Assembly (NCBI GenBank): GCA_963718615.1
Contig: OY970368.1
Span: 3,936,001 to 4,000,000, forward strand
DNA length: 64,000 nucleotides
Reading direction: 5' to 3'
Source of the DNA: an uncultured cyanobacterium
GTDB taxonomy: Bacteria; Cyanobacteriota; Cyanobacteriia; PCC-9006; JAAUQQ01
Positions 1 through 10,149 of the stretch are shown piece after piece. The stretch's first letter is position 1; every line of letters begins with the position of its first letter. The translations under genes were made by a program, and so were the position numbers. A model generated the notes under the pieces. It had not been told where the DNA came from. It made no database searches and worked only from the letters and a program-made list of their open reading frames with translations.

Positions 1-1
1 G

Positions 2-673
2 CTGTTGGGCGGCATCGGTATCCCCTACGTGGGCACGAGCAAATGGGGCGGATTGCTCCTGACGCTATTTATGGCGGTGATCAGTATTTTGGCCGGGTTT
101 CCGCTGGCCCTGGTGCTGGCCTTGAGCCGCCAAAGCAAATTGCCTGTCCTTAAAGGGATGGCCGTCACGATTATCGAACTGACGCGGGGCTCGCCCCTGA
201 CGATGTTTTTGTTTATCGGCGATGTCATGCTGCCCATTATTTTGCCCAGCAGTTGGAACCTCGACCGCATCTTCCGGGCCATGGTCGTGCTGACGCTCTT
301 TTGCGCCTCCTATACGGCGGAAACCATTCGAGGCGGCCTGCAAGCCATTCCTCGGGGACAGTCGGAAGCCGCCCAAGCCCTCGGTCTCAATACCCCCCTC
401 ACCCTCGGCTTGGTCGTCCTTCCCCAGGCCCTAAAAATTTCTATCCCTGCTCTGGTGGGCGTGTTTATCCAAATGGTGCAAGAAACCTCCCTTGTGGCCA
501 TCTTGGGTCTGTTTGATTTACTCGGCATGAGTCGGTCAATTTTGTCTAATCCGCAGTTTGTCGGTCGCTATGCGGAGGTGTATTTCTTTATCGGTTTAAT
601 TTATTGGAGTTTCTGCTATGTAATGTCACTCGGGAGTCGCCGGTTGGAGAAGACGCTCAACACGGGCCACTAA
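2..673 (+). CDS. Polar amino-acid ABC transporter permease (HisM/AapM, NatH-like), 5'-truncated by the window
   Basis: Hydrophobic TM segments; EAA loop AETIRGGLQAIPRGQSEAAQALGL; frame open to window start. Confidence 0.9.
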   Translation: MLGGIGIPYVGTSKWGGLLLTLFMAVISILAGFPLALVLALSRQSKLPVLKGMAVTIIELTRGSPLTMFLFIGDVMLPIILPSSWNLDRIFRAMVVLTLFCASYTAETIRGGLQAIPRGQSEAAQALGLNTPLTLGLVVLPQALKISIPALVGVFIQMVQETSLVAILGLFDLLGMSRSILSNPQFVGRYAEVYFFIGLIYWSFCYVMSLGSRRLEKTLNTGH

Positions 674-853
674 GCTGGCAATTCGAGGTGGCATTTCGGA
701 GGTTGGGGCGGGGCTAGGCTGAACCTGGGGCGGCGGCGAGGGGCTCATCTCCTGGGTGCGAACGGCTTGCTGGGGGGATGGAGTATCCGGCGGTTCCGCC
801 ACCCACATCAGCGCAGCAGTCAGGAGGAGCGCAAGGCCCACAGGGCGTTTCAT
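626..853 (-). CDS. Possible small secreted Pro-rich protein (75 aa)
   Basis: MKRPVGLALLLTAALMWVA resembles a signal peptide, followed by a Pro/Ser/Gln-rich tract; overlaps the 3' end of the permease by 48 bp. Confidence 0.3.
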   Translation of the reverse strand: MKRPVGLALLLTAALMWVAEPPDTPSPQQAVRTQEMSPSPPPQVQPSPAPTSEMPPRIASLVARVERLLQPATPE

Positions 854-1358
854 GGGAGGTTTCCGGCGAGAATTGGGGAGACTACTGTTTCTCATCACGG
901 GGCACCTGGAGATTTACGCAAGGTTTTGGGATGAAGTTTGGGACGTTATTTTTAGGCAGCAGAAATTTAATCGTGACCAGTTTTTGATCTGGCACAGGTG
1001 CGCCTAGGGGCACGGTAACAAACCCGAGCGCGACTCTGCTTAAGGATTGACCCATCGCGGCGATCAACCCCTATGGGGGCCACCCACTCCCATCCCACCC
1101 ACTCCCATCCATCCCACCACCACCAGAGGTTCAAAGGGCACGGTTTTGAGGCGTTGGATATGGTAATCAAACTAGTGAGCGCAACCTTAAGGGCGCAGTC
1201 ATTGAAGCTGAGGTTCAAGTGGTGTTCCCGTGGGGGTTCAAGCTTTAAGGGAGCTTTGAGAAAGATTCTTGGGCGATCGCCACGATTGCGTATTCTCGAA
1301 AGTAAGCTGTGATAAAGATAAACGCACAAAGACAAAAGCAAAGAACAGGACTGCACCG

Positions 1359-2153
1359 ATGACCCAATCGAATCTTCGGCCCCACATTGAACCTGCCCCT
1401 CGCGATCGCCTCAGCGATGAGCCCATGATCATTGCCGAGCAAGTGGAAAAGTGGTACACCAACAGCTTCCACGTCCTGCGTGGCGTCAGCTTGACGGTGA
1501 GCAAGGGTGAAGTGGTGGTGATTATGGGGCCATCGGGGTCGGGCAAATCCACCTTTATCCGCACGTTTAATGCCCTGGAGCCCTACCAAAAAGGTCGCAT
1601 TTTAGTCGATGGTATTGAGCTCTCCCACGACCTCAAAAATATCGAAGCCATTCGCCGGGAAGTAGGGATGGTCTTTCAACAGTTCAATTTGTTTCCCCAT
1701 CTGAGCGTTCTGCAAAATATCACGCTGGCTCCCATTTGGGTGCGTCGCTGGCCTAAGGCCAAGGCGGAAGAAAAAGCCATGCAGTTGCTCGAACGGGTGG
1801 GTATTTTGGAGCAGGCTCAGAAATTTCCGGGGCAGCTTTCCGGGGGACAACAGCAACGGGTGGCGATCGCCCGTGCCCTCGCCATGGAACCCAAAATCAT
1901 GCTCTTCGACGAACCGACCTCGGCCTTGGACCCAGAAATGGTGCGCGAAGTCCTGGACGTCATGCAGACCTTGGCTAAGGACAGCGGCATGACCATGGTG
2001 GTGGTAACCCACGAGGTGGGGTTTGCGCGGGAGGTGGCGGACCGGGTGGTGCTGATGGCGGATGGGCTTTTGGTGGAAGAAGCAACGCCGGAAGAATTTT
2101 TCAATAATCCCCAAGCGGAGCGCTCGAAGCAGTTCCTGTCGCAGATTTTATAG
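1359..2153 (+). CDS. Amino-acid ABC transporter ATP-binding protein (GlnQ/BgtA-like)
   Basis: Walker A GPSGSGKS, signature LSGGQQQR, Walker [12 protein letters not shown]; start placed at ATG 1359. Confidence 0.93.
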   Translation: MTQSNLRPHIEPAPRDRLSDEPMIIAEQVEKWYTNSFHVLRGVSLTVSKGEVVVIMGPSGSGKSTFIRTFNALEPYQKGRILVDGIELSHDLKNIEAIRREVGMVFQQFNLFPHLSVLQNITLAPIWVRRWPKAKAEEKAMQLLERVGILEQAQKFPGQLSGGQQQRVAIARALAMEPKIMLFDEPTSALDPEMVREVLDVMQTLAKDSGMTMVVVTHEVGFAREVADRVVLMADGLLVEEATPEEFFNNPQAERSKQFLSQIL

Positions 2154-2282
2154 GGAGAGGCATTAGGGGTAGGTATTAAGGGCAGGAATTGGGCAGCGAA
2201 ATTAGGTGCAGGAATCCAGATTCAATCCAGCTCCAAGCCTGTCCACTGGTACGATAAAACGAATCCGTTAGGGAATCTTGCC

Positions 2283-3974
2283 GTGTCCAGTCCCGACCCG
2301 ATTCTGCTCCACATCGAACAGCTTAAAGTCGCCTACCCGCAACGATCCGACCAAACGGATCTCACCCAACCCCCCTGGTCCCTAGACGGCATTTCCCTCG
2401 ACCTCCGCCCCGGCCAACGCCTCGGCCTCGTGGGCGAATCTGGCTGCGGCAAAAGCACCCTCGGCAAAGCCATTCTCCGTCTTCTGCCCGCAGGCAGCCG
2501 CGTTGAAGGCCAGCTCTTGCTCAACGGCCAATCCATTCCTAACCTGAATCCCGAACAACTGCGACAATTTCGCGGAGAAGCGGTCGGTCTGGTCTTCCAG
2601 GACCCCATGACCCGGCTCAACCCGCTCATGACCATCGGTAACCACTGCCTGGAAACCCTCCTGGCCCATCGCTCCCAGATGACGGCCAAGCAAGCCAAGG
2701 TGCGATCGCTCGAAACCCTGGCTGCCGTCAATATTCCCGCCGATCGCTGGAATCAATATCCCCACGAATTTAGCGGCGGCATGCGCCAACGGGTGGCGAT
2801 CGCCCTTGCCCTCCTGCTCAATCCCAAACTAATCGTCGCCGACGAACCCACGACCAGTCTTGATATCACCGTTTCTGCCCAAATCCTTGATGAACTCACC
2901 CGCCTTTGCGCGGAGCGGGATATGGGATTGCTGTTGATTTCCCACGATTTAGCGATGGTAGGAGAATATTGCGATCGCATCGCCGTCATGTACAACGGCA
3001 AACTGGTAGAACTGGACAAAACCGAAAAACTGTTGCGTAGCCCACACCATGACTATACGCGATCGCTGCTGAATTCTGCTCTGCATCTACAACAATCGGC
3101 GGTAGAAAATCGCCCAGACGCACTCGATCAATCAGATGAATCCGTACAAAAAACAGGGCCGATTTTGCAATTAAATCAGGTCAAACAACATTTTAGCCTC
3201 GGTGGCAATCCCCTAGAGCGCTTGTTTTCAGCCAAGACCCGCAACCACACCATCAAGGCCGTTGATGGGGTTAGCTTTGCGCTCATGCCGGGTGAAACAC
3301 TCGGGCTCGTGGGCGAATCTGGTTGCGGCAAGAGCACTCTTTCGCGGACGATCCTGCAATTGCTCAAACCCACAGCGGGTACCGTTGAATTTTTGGGCGA
3401 AAACCTGGCGGGGCTCTCGCGTCCAGCAATGCAACGGCAACGGCGGAATATCCAAATGATTTTTCAGGATCCCAATGCTTGCCTTAACCCCCTGATGACT
3501 GTGGGCCAAAGCATTGCCGATCCACTTTTGATCCACCGTCTCGCCAATCCCCAAACGGCTAAGCCGCGAGTCCTAGACATGCTCGAACGAGTCGGTCTTA
3601 CACCTGCGGAAGCGTACTACAATCGGTTCCCTAAGCAACTCTCCGGGGGACAACAGCAGCGAGTGGCGATCGCCCGTGCCCTGATCACTCAACCCAAGCT
3701 GCTGATCTGCGACGAACCCGTCAGCATGCTCGATGCGACGGTCCAGGCTCAGGTGCTGGATTTGATGTTGGCACTGAAGCGAGAGTTTGAATTAACCTAT
3801 TTGTTTATTACCCATGATTTGTGGGTGGCGCGTTTTTTTTGCGATCGCATCGCCGTTATGAAGGGTGGACAAATTGTCGAGATTGGTCCAACCCAACAAC
3901 TGTTTGAAACCCCTCAACATCCCTATACGAAAAAGCTCCTGGGTGCAGCGCCCCTTCTGGCTCGGCAAGCTTAG
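2283..3974 (+). CDS. Dipeptide/oligopeptide-type ABC ATP-binding protein with two fused NBDs
   Basis: Two GESGCGKS Walker A motifs, FSGGMRQR and LSGGQQQR signatures, PxHxYT tails. Confidence 0.92.
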   Translation: MSSPDPILLHIEQLKVAYPQRSDQTDLTQPPWSLDGISLDLRPGQRLGLVGESGCGKSTLGKAILRLLPAGSRVEGQLLLNGQSIPNLNPEQLRQFRGEAVGLVFQDPMTRLNPLMTIGNHCLETLLAHRSQMTAKQAKVRSLETLAAVNIPADRWNQYPHEFSGGMRQRVAIALALLLNPKLIVADEPTTSLDITVSAQILDELTRLCAERDMGLLLISHDLAMVGEYCDRIAVMYNGKLVELDKTEKLLRSPHHDYTRSLLNSALHLQQSAVENRPDALDQSDESVQKTGPILQLNQVKQHFSLGGNPLERLFSAKTRNHTIKAVDGVSFALMPGETLGLVGESGCGKSTLSRTILQLLKPTAGTVEFLGENLAGLSRPAMQRQRRNIQMIFQDPNACLNPLMTVGQSIADPLLIHRLANPQTAKPRVLDMLERVGLTPAEAYYNRFPKQLSGGQQQRVAIARALITQPKLLICDEPVSMLDATVQAQVLDLMLALKREFELTYLFITHDLWVARFFCDRIAVMKGGQIVEIGPTQQLFETPQHPYTKKLLGAAPLLARQA

Positions 3975-4113
3975 AACACGACCTTAAACTTGACCTCATG
4001 GAGTTGACAGAAGCCTCGAATCTTATGGCTGTTGAGTAGGTGCTACTGCTGTGTTGCCAGCCGTAGTTGTTCGATTGCCATGCAGTTTTTTCAACCGATC
4101 GGCGGCTTATGGG

Positions 4114-4956
4114 TTAAGCCTCAGCCAATTTGACCTTGGCCGCTTGCCAAAACTGCTCTAGTTCTTCCACGCTATAGTCGCTAATAGGTCGTTCTAAAGC
4201 GGCTTCGACCTGTTCAAAGCGTTGGACAAATCGTTCATTGGTCCCTCGTAACCCAGCTTCGGGATCTAGCCCATACCAGCGAGCCAAGTTGACGATTGTG
4301 AATAGCAAATCGCCCAGTTCTTCCTGTTGATGGGTCTTGTTGGGGGTGGCGATCGCCTCCTTAAATTCCCCCAATTCCTCCTCAAATTTAGCCCAAACCT
4401 CTTCGATGCAGTTCCATTCAAATCCTGCTGCCCCTGCTTTTTGGGAAATCTTCATTGCCCCCGCGAGGGGAGGATTACTGCGACTTTCTTTATGCAGCTT
4501 TTCGCTCAATGTAGCAACGGCAGGAAGCCCTTTCTGAACCCGCTCCTGTTGTTTCATCGTTTGCCAATTGACCCGTACGGCTTCCGGGTCGGTTGCAGAT
4601 GCATCGCCAAAGACATGGGGATGACGACGAATCAATTTTTCACTGATACTTTGAGCGATATCTTGTAGGGTAAACTGACCCAAGTCCGCCGCCATTTGGG
4701 CCTGCAAAACCACCTGAAGCAACAGATCTCCCAATTCCTCCGCGATGTCTGCGGGTTCTCCCCGTTCTAGGGCATCAATGGTTTCGTAGGCTTCTTCGAT
4801 AATGTAAGGAATCAGGCTTTGGGGCGTCTGGACCAAGTCCCAGGGACAGCCCCCTTCAGGATCCCGGAGTTTTGCTACCACTGCGACGAGGTGTTTGAGC
4901 GCGACCAAAACTTCAGGGTCAACAGGGGGTAACGGCATGGATAAAGAGACAGTCAT
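4114..4956 (-). CDS. mazG: Nucleoside triphosphate pyrophosphohydrolase MazG
   Basis: GGCPWD, IEEAYE, two EELGDLL motifs, KLIRRHPHVF. Confidence 0.93.
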   Translation of the reverse strand: MTVSLSMPLPPVDPEVLVALKHLVAVVAKLRDPEGGCPWDLVQTPQSLIPYIIEEAYETIDALERGEPADIAEELGDLLLQVVLQAQMAADLGQFTLQDIAQSISEKLIRRHPHVFGDASATDPEAVRVNWQTMKQQERVQKGLPAVATLSEKLHKESRSNPPLAGAMKISQKAGAAGFEWNCIEEVWAKFEEELGEFKEAIATPNKTHQQEELGDLLFTIVNLARWYGLDPEAGLRGTNERFVQRFEQVEAALERPISDYSVEELEQFWQAAKVKLAEA

Positions 4957-4987
4957 GGGGGGTGAGAGCGCAACGGACGCATCTATC

Positions 4988-5548
4988 CTACCGCTTGCGC
5001 CGACGTCGTTTGGCGATCGCCTGTTTGCGCCGATTCCGTTTAATCCAACTCCCCGTCCAGTCGCTGAGGGAATGGCTCATTGCGCCCAGTTCGAGGCCCA
5101 GATAGAGCACCAAGCCTTCGATGGGATGCTGGAGGGCAAAACGCTGCAAGATTTCAAGGGCTGTATTCAACTGCTGCAAGCTCAACGGCCACCAGTTTTC
5201 TGGCGACGCGAGCTGGGCTAGGGCGATTGCCCAAACAAAGGCAAACAGCAGGATCCAAGCCGCAAGATAAACCAACCGAAACACCGTTCCCAAAATCGGG
5301 CCATGGGAAAGCATCGAACGATGGTTCATAGCTCGACGATAGGGCAACCAAATCCAGCGAAGGGGACCCCAACGCCGGTAGGGACGCGAATGAATATCCA
5401 GGTCCGGGCTAAGTAACAGCCCTCCCAGAAGATACCCCCCGGCAAACAACAAACTCTGGGCTGGATTCCGAGTCACCAGCAAAACCGCACCGGTCAACCA
5501 GGGAAAACTCCAGAGCGTAATTCGATCGTGGGTGCGACCAGACGGCAT
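4988..5548 (-). CDS. DUF2227-like putative metal-binding membrane protein
   Basis: MPSGRTHDRIT, LSPDLD, HRSMLSHG and SHSLSD motifs. Confidence 0.8.
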   Translation of the reverse strand: MPSGRTHDRITLWSFPWLTGAVLLVTRNPAQSLLFAGGYLLGGLLLSPDLDIHSRPYRRWGPLRWIWLPYRRAMNHRSMLSHGPILGTVFRLVYLAAWILLFAFVWAIALAQLASPENWWPLSLQQLNTALEILQRFALQHPIEGLVLYLGLELGAMSHSLSDWTGSWIKRNRRKQAIAKRRRRKR

Positions 5549-5574
5549 AGGTAAACCAAAGACGGTTCCTTATC

Positions 5575-6888
5575 CTAGGAGAGCGATCGCATCTTGGCGA
5601 GCCCTATCCCTTGGGCGATCGCCTCCTCCAAACTATCAACGGCAAAAATTCCCATGTCCTGCAAAAGCTGCCGTCCCGCCTCCGCCTCCGGTCCCGACAA
5701 ATACACCACAATGGGCACAGGCTGTCGCATTCCTCTCAAGTGGATATGCTGACTTGCCGTATAAAAATATTCGGCGATGGTTTCGGCGATGTCCTGACAA
5801 GAATTAGCTAGGGCAGTCCAGTTGATTAAAATTAGCTTCACGTCCCGCAATCGCGAGAGCCCCTCTAGGGCACGGCCCACATTTTCCTGCTGACGGTGCT
5901 GTTTTCTCGACAACGATAACGACTGTCTGGCAACTTTGCTAGTCGTTTCTTTGAGAGAGACGAAGGCCGCCGCTTTGCCACCCGCCTGCTTAATCGACTC
6001 AACAGTTGCCATAGCAAGCCCAATGCCATTGCTTAAAACACCAATGTTGCCCTCTAATTGGACAATCGGCGCTTCCACTTCCGGTTTGGGCGAGAACAGC
6101 TTTTTGAGCTGAGGCTGTTGTGCCAAAGCCGCCGCCGTAAAGCGAACTTTGCCGTCAATGGCAATAATTTGTCCTTCCGAGCCCAAAGCCAGCGGATCAA
6201 TTTCTAAAAATTCCAGATCTAATCCCGTCATCAGTCCATACATCTGCTCAAACATCTGATGAAAGGCTTCCTGATGAAGCGGTTGCAACTGCAGGGACTG
6301 GCTGAGTTGTTGCGCAATCACTTGGAGCTTGGCGGAGCCGATCGCCTCCAAATTCGCTGAGCTTGTTTCTATGTCCTCACGAATGACGGACTGATCGCTG
6401 ACCGATGGATTGGAATCTGCCGAATGATGCCAAGCCTTAACTCGATATATCCCTAAAGAGGGATTAAGCTGCATCGAAATTCCAATTGAATGACTGATGG
6501 GATAAAAGGCTTCGGCCAATAAATACTCAGGATATTCTCCTTGAATCGCAGAATCAAATAAGCTATGGGCATTGGCGATCGCATCAATGCGATTCGTCAC
6601 CTTCCGAATCCCGCCTTCGGCCTTGCGATTGCCCGCATGGACCTGAGCTTTCAAAACAACCGGATAATCTAGCGCCAGCTTCTTTAAATCCGGCGCAGAA
6701 TGAATCAGTTGAGAAGGCAAAACTGGAATATTCATGTCGCGAAAAATCTGCTTGACTTGGTGCTCTAGCAAATCAAATTTTTCGTCATTGTGGTCCGCAT
6801 GCTCTGCACATCCCAGAGCCTCCACCGTTAATGACTGGGAGCTTGCTGGCGGTAGAGTAACTGAGAGAGAATCCTGAGTTGATTTCAT
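5575..6888 (-). CDS. sucC: Succinate--CoA ligase beta subunit-like (ATP-grasp), divergent; start uncertain
   Basis: DLLEHQ.K, YPVVLKAQVHAG.R...GGI, LEIDPL, IDGKV and GVLSNGIGLAMAT motifs. Confidence 0.75.
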   Translation of the reverse strand: MKSTQDSLSVTLPPASSQSLTVEALGCAEHADHNDEKFDLLEHQVKQIFRDMNIPVLPSQLIHSAPDLKKLALDYPVVLKAQVHAGNRKAEGGIRKVTNRIDAIANAHSLFDSAIQGEYPEYLLAEAFYPISHSIGISMQLNPSLGIYRVKAWHHSADSNPSVSDQSVIREDIETSSANLEAIGSAKLQVIAQQLSQSLQLQPLHQEAFHQMFEQMYGLMTGLDLEFLEIDPLALGSEGQIIAIDGKVRFTAAALAQQPQLKKLFSPKPEVEAPIVQLEGNIGVLSNGIGLAMATVESIKQAGGKAAAFVSLKETTSKVARQSLSLSRKQHRQQENVGRALEGLSRLRDVKLILINWTALANSCQDIAETIAEYFYTASQHIHLRGMRQPVPIVVYLSGPEAEAGRQLLQDMGIFAVDSLEEAIAQGIGLAKMRSLS

Positions 6889-7228
6889 AAAAATACAAAA
6901 AGCGAAGCAGTTGGAACGGCAAGTCCTACGAATTCTTAATTAATTAGCCATCGTTATGGGTATGATTTGGCACTACATTCGAGTGAATAGAATCGTCAAC
7001 ATTTGTTTATCATTTTCAAACTAAATTTGCCGTAACCCCCAAGCAGGCACCAATACCCATTAAAACACCTCAATTGGGTTTGAGGCGTCGTAACATTCCC
7101 GGAATTACAGTTTTCCTCAAATATAGAAGATTTTATTGGCAAGAATAGCGTTCTCGCCCCTTAGAAGCTGTATCCCAGTATGCGGTTCTTACCCTGCTCG
7201 GCTGAAAGAGTATCTTTTGTAACTATCA

Positions 7229-8752
7229 TCATTTCTCAAGGTGCCAGGGAGACAGACTCACGAGAAAAGCGCTGCCAGGTCCCTCGGTCTCCACACTGGG
7301 GGGACTACTGGGTGCCGAGGACGAGAGGCGAAGTGTGAGGAGTGCCTGAGGATGCAAAGGACCCGCCGGACTCATCACCTCTAAATGACCTCCCATTTGC
7401 TCCACGAGGCTGCGGGCGATCGCCAACCCTAATCCTGTACCAGGTTTACCACCCTGGGCCTGGATGCCTCGATAATGACGTTCAAACAGTCGCGGTAAAT
7501 CGGCGGCAGGGATTCCTGGACCATCATCACTAATAATGATGCAAACTGTATCTGGCACCTGATTTTCCTGAACCATGCTCTGGACCAATACCACCACGGT
7601 GCCGTTCGCTCGACCATATTTCAAGGCGTTATCGATTAAATTACTCAAAATTTCTCGCAACGCCATAGGACTGCCTTGGATCGGCGGCAGCGGCGTTGGA
7701 GGACAGAGGAAGCGGAGGCTTTGGTTTTGCTCCTGGGCGATCGCCTCAAAGGAATCCAGCAACGGCTGCAAAATTGCCAAAATATCGCAGGCTTCGAGGA
7801 CAAGGGGCTCTCCCCCCAGGGGACTCGCACCAGGCAGGAGCACAGAACTCGGCAAAGCCTGGGGCACCCGCTCCCAATCCTCATCCACAATCTCGGCTTC
7901 CGACAAAATCAAAGGCGATTCGTCAACGGCGGCATTGAGTTGAACCAGGAGTTCTTGGAGGCGATCGCTCTCGCGAATAATGCCTTCAGCCACCCGATGG
8001 TTGGGATCCTCCGTCGACAGACGACGTACCAAAAGCTTACCGAAAGTTCGTAGGGCGGTCAGCGGATTGCGAAACTGGTGAATTAAATTGTCCAGAATAT
8101 CTTGGCGCTGCTCTTGGGCAATTTCCTGCTGCCGAAATCGAGCCTGCAACCATTGCAACCGACGCTCCATCACACAGGCCGCAGAAAGGGTATAGGCCAC
8201 CTGCTCCAGTTGCCCATAATCCTCATCCTGCCAATCCTGTCCTTCCCGCGCAATCACCAGTAAACCGATCGCTTTATTTTCGTAGTAAAGCGGCTGTACC
8301 GCCTGATGCAAGCTGTTGTTGCTGGGCAGCGCTGGCAACCCCACCTCAGCATCTCCCCGTTTAACCTGACCCGCCCGCTTGGATGAGTTTCCCTGTTTTG
8401 TCTGGCTAGATTGTCTCACGTGAGTTGCAGATTTGCGCCAGCGGGAGGGATTGAGCAAACCCAAATCTCTAGAGAAATCTGTAGAATCTTGGGCCATCGG
8501 GCGCGCTGTAGATACACCAGTCTCCCGAGGCCCATCTCCTGTCCATTCGCTCGGCAACTGCAAAGGCTGACTTTGCAGCATCTCTAACGCCGCATCAGGA
8601 TAGACCGCAATGGGAATTAAATTGGCACTATTCCCCCCAAGCCATTCCTCTGCAACGTAAACCACGCTAAGCGTTGCCCCGACTCCACGCGCCAAAAGCC
8701 TCAACTGCCCTTGACTGAGGGCGACAAACTCTGAACTCGCCAATGAACTCAT
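7229..8752 (-). CDS. GAF-domain sensor histidine kinase, Hik2/CSK-like
   Basis: N-terminal SSEFVAL, H-box LIHQFRNPLTALRTFGKLL, N-box NLIDNALKY, DDGPGI, GTGLGLAI. Confidence 0.85.
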   Translation of the reverse strand: MSSLASSEFVALSQGQLRLLARGVGATLSVVYVAEEWLGGNSANLIPIAVYPDAALEMLQSQPLQLPSEWTGDGPRETGVSTARPMAQDSTDFSRDLGLLNPSRWRKSATHVRQSSQTKQGNSSKRAGQVKRGDAEVGLPALPSNNSLHQAVQPLYYENKAIGLLVIAREGQDWQDEDYGQLEQVAYTLSAACVMERRLQWLQARFRQQEIAQEQRQDILDNLIHQFRNPLTALRTFGKLLVRRLSTEDPNHRVAEGIIRESDRLQELLVQLNAAVDESPLILSEAEIVDEDWERVPQALPSSVLLPGASPLGGEPLVLEACDILAILQPLLDSFEAIAQEQNQSLRFLCPPTPLPPIQGSPMALREILSNLIDNALKYGRANGTVVVLVQSMVQENQVPDTVCIIISDDGPGIPAADLPRLFERHYRGIQAQGGKPGTGLGLAIARSLVEQMGGHLEVMSPAGPLHPQALLTLRLSSSAPSSPPSVETEGPGSAFLVSLSPWHLEK

Positions 8753-8844
8753 TTTGGGAGGGTAGCTTGGCCCCAGCAGGTTGCAAGAATCTCGCTATTA
8801 TCTCATCTCGGGGGGCACAATCCGGAAAAACTACCACCAAGAAG

Positions 8845-8873
8845 TTGAAATCTTTGGGAGGAACTAGTATACT
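8845..8873 (+). promoter_or_regulatory. Sigma70-type promoter of the DUF3155 gene
   Basis: TTGAAA (8845-8850), 17-nt spacer, TATACT (8868-8873); GGAGG RBS before the TTG start. Confidence 0.55.
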
Positions 8874-8934
8874 CGACTACGGTTTTGTAACTGCGCTTTA
8901 ACGAGATGCAGGTTCATACAGGAGGTAGGAGAGG

Positions 8935-9258
8935 TTGGCTAGAAGACGTAAGAGAAAGAGCCGCCGTCGTCTTGAAGGACGGAAGATCCTAGAGCATGTG
9001 CCACAGTACAGTATCGACTGTGGGGAAGACAAACCGGTAACTGCCGCTAGGAAATACATTCACGCAGAGGGTATTGTGCCACCCGCATTGCTATTGGTCA
9101 AGCGCAATGAGCACACTACAGATCGATATTTCTGGGCAGAGAAAGGCTTGTTTGGTGCTCAATATGTGGAAGAAAACCACTTTTTATTCCCTAGCCTTCG
9201 GGTTGCGGAAGATAGTGAGGACGAGGAAGAAGTGCTGACCGCGAGCGCGATCGGCTAA
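8935..9258 (+). CDS. DUF3155 family conserved cyanobacterial protein
   Basis: RRRKRKSRRR.EGRKILE and TTDRYFWAEKGLFGAQY; TTG start. Confidence 0.85.
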   Translation: MARRRKRKSRRRLEGRKILEHVPQYSIDCGEDKPVTAARKYIHAEGIVPPALLLVKRNEHTTDRYFWAEKGLFGAQYVEENHFLFPSLRVAEDSEDEEEVLTASAIG

Positions 9259-9395
9259 TTCGACTTCATCGTCCGGGACTCCATTGACTGGGACTCTATT
9301 GTCCAAGATTGAATGCAGATTCATTAAGCTTGAGTTTGGACTTGAGCTGAGGTTTTACCATTCCATTTTGACATAGGGTGTCACCATTGCTTCGC

Positions 9396-9434
9396 AAAAG
9401 AAAGGGCTAAAGTCGATTCGGCTTTGGCCCTTTC
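9396..9434 (-). terminator. Intrinsic terminator between the convergent DUF3155 and esterase genes
   Basis: Stem GAAAGGGCTAAAG...CTTTGGCCCTTTC, with an A-run on the left that reads as a U-tract on the minus strand. Confidence 0.6.
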
Positions 9435-9481
9435 CATTGACCGAAATTGCTTGACTGCAATTGCTTGACCACTATTGAGCA

Positions 9482-10123
9482 TTAAGTCATGATAGGGGCC
9501 AGAATCGATTGAATAAATTTTCTAGCCTGGTCGAGGGACGCTTGGGAAATTTCGTGACCCATCTCAAAGGCTTCGAACTGAAATTCGGCTCCACATTTTT
9601 CTAGCACGCTTTGAGTGGTGAGCGCTGCATCAAAGGGAACAATCAGATCCTGGCGACCATGCAGGACTAAGATCGGTGAAACTGGTGGTGTTTGCGTCTG
9701 TTGCCAATGGGTCGCTAGGTGAGGATGTAAGTAACCGCTGAAAACCACAATGCCGCCCAGGGATCGCTCCAATCCCACCTCCAAGGCCATGGCCCCGCCC
9801 TGGGAAAATCCACCCAGGATCACTCGCTCGGGTGCAATATTCATCTCCGTAATGCAGCAATCCAGCCAATCTCCCAAGGCAGAACGAGCGGTGTCTAAAC
9901 CATCCCAAGTAGGGCTTTCGAGGTCATACCACATCCGTCCCGTAGGATTGTAGGGATGAGGCAGAGGACCATTGGGAAAATAATATTGAACCCCTGACAG
10001 CCCAAAAGCAGGGGATAAATCCATGAGATCTTGGGCATTCGCTCCCCAGCCATGGAGCAAAACAACAAGTCCTTGAGCGGATGGCTCAACAGGACTTGGT
10101 AGGGGAAGCGCAGAAAGGTGCAT
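9482..10123 (-). CDS. Phospholipase/carboxylesterase (alpha/beta hydrolase)
   Basis: LHGWGAN, nucleophile GFSQGG, HGRQD and MGHEI triad motifs. Confidence 0.9.
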   Translation of the reverse strand: MHLSALPLPSPVEPSAQGLVVLLHGWGANAQDLMDLSPAFGLSGVQYYFPNGPLPHPYNPTGRMWYDLESPTWDGLDTARSALGDWLDCCITEMNIAPERVILGGFSQGGAMALEVGLERSLGGIVVFSGYLHPHLATHWQQTQTPPVSPILVLHGRQDLIVPFDAALTTQSVLEKCGAEFQFEAFEMGHEISQASLDQARKFIQSILAPIMT

Positions 10124-10149
10124 GGCGATCGCAAACGTTTGGCCAATGC

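Noticed and set aside
1120-1260. GGTTCAA copies suggesting tRNA T-loops
   Set aside because: I could not build a cloverleaf or acceptor stem around them
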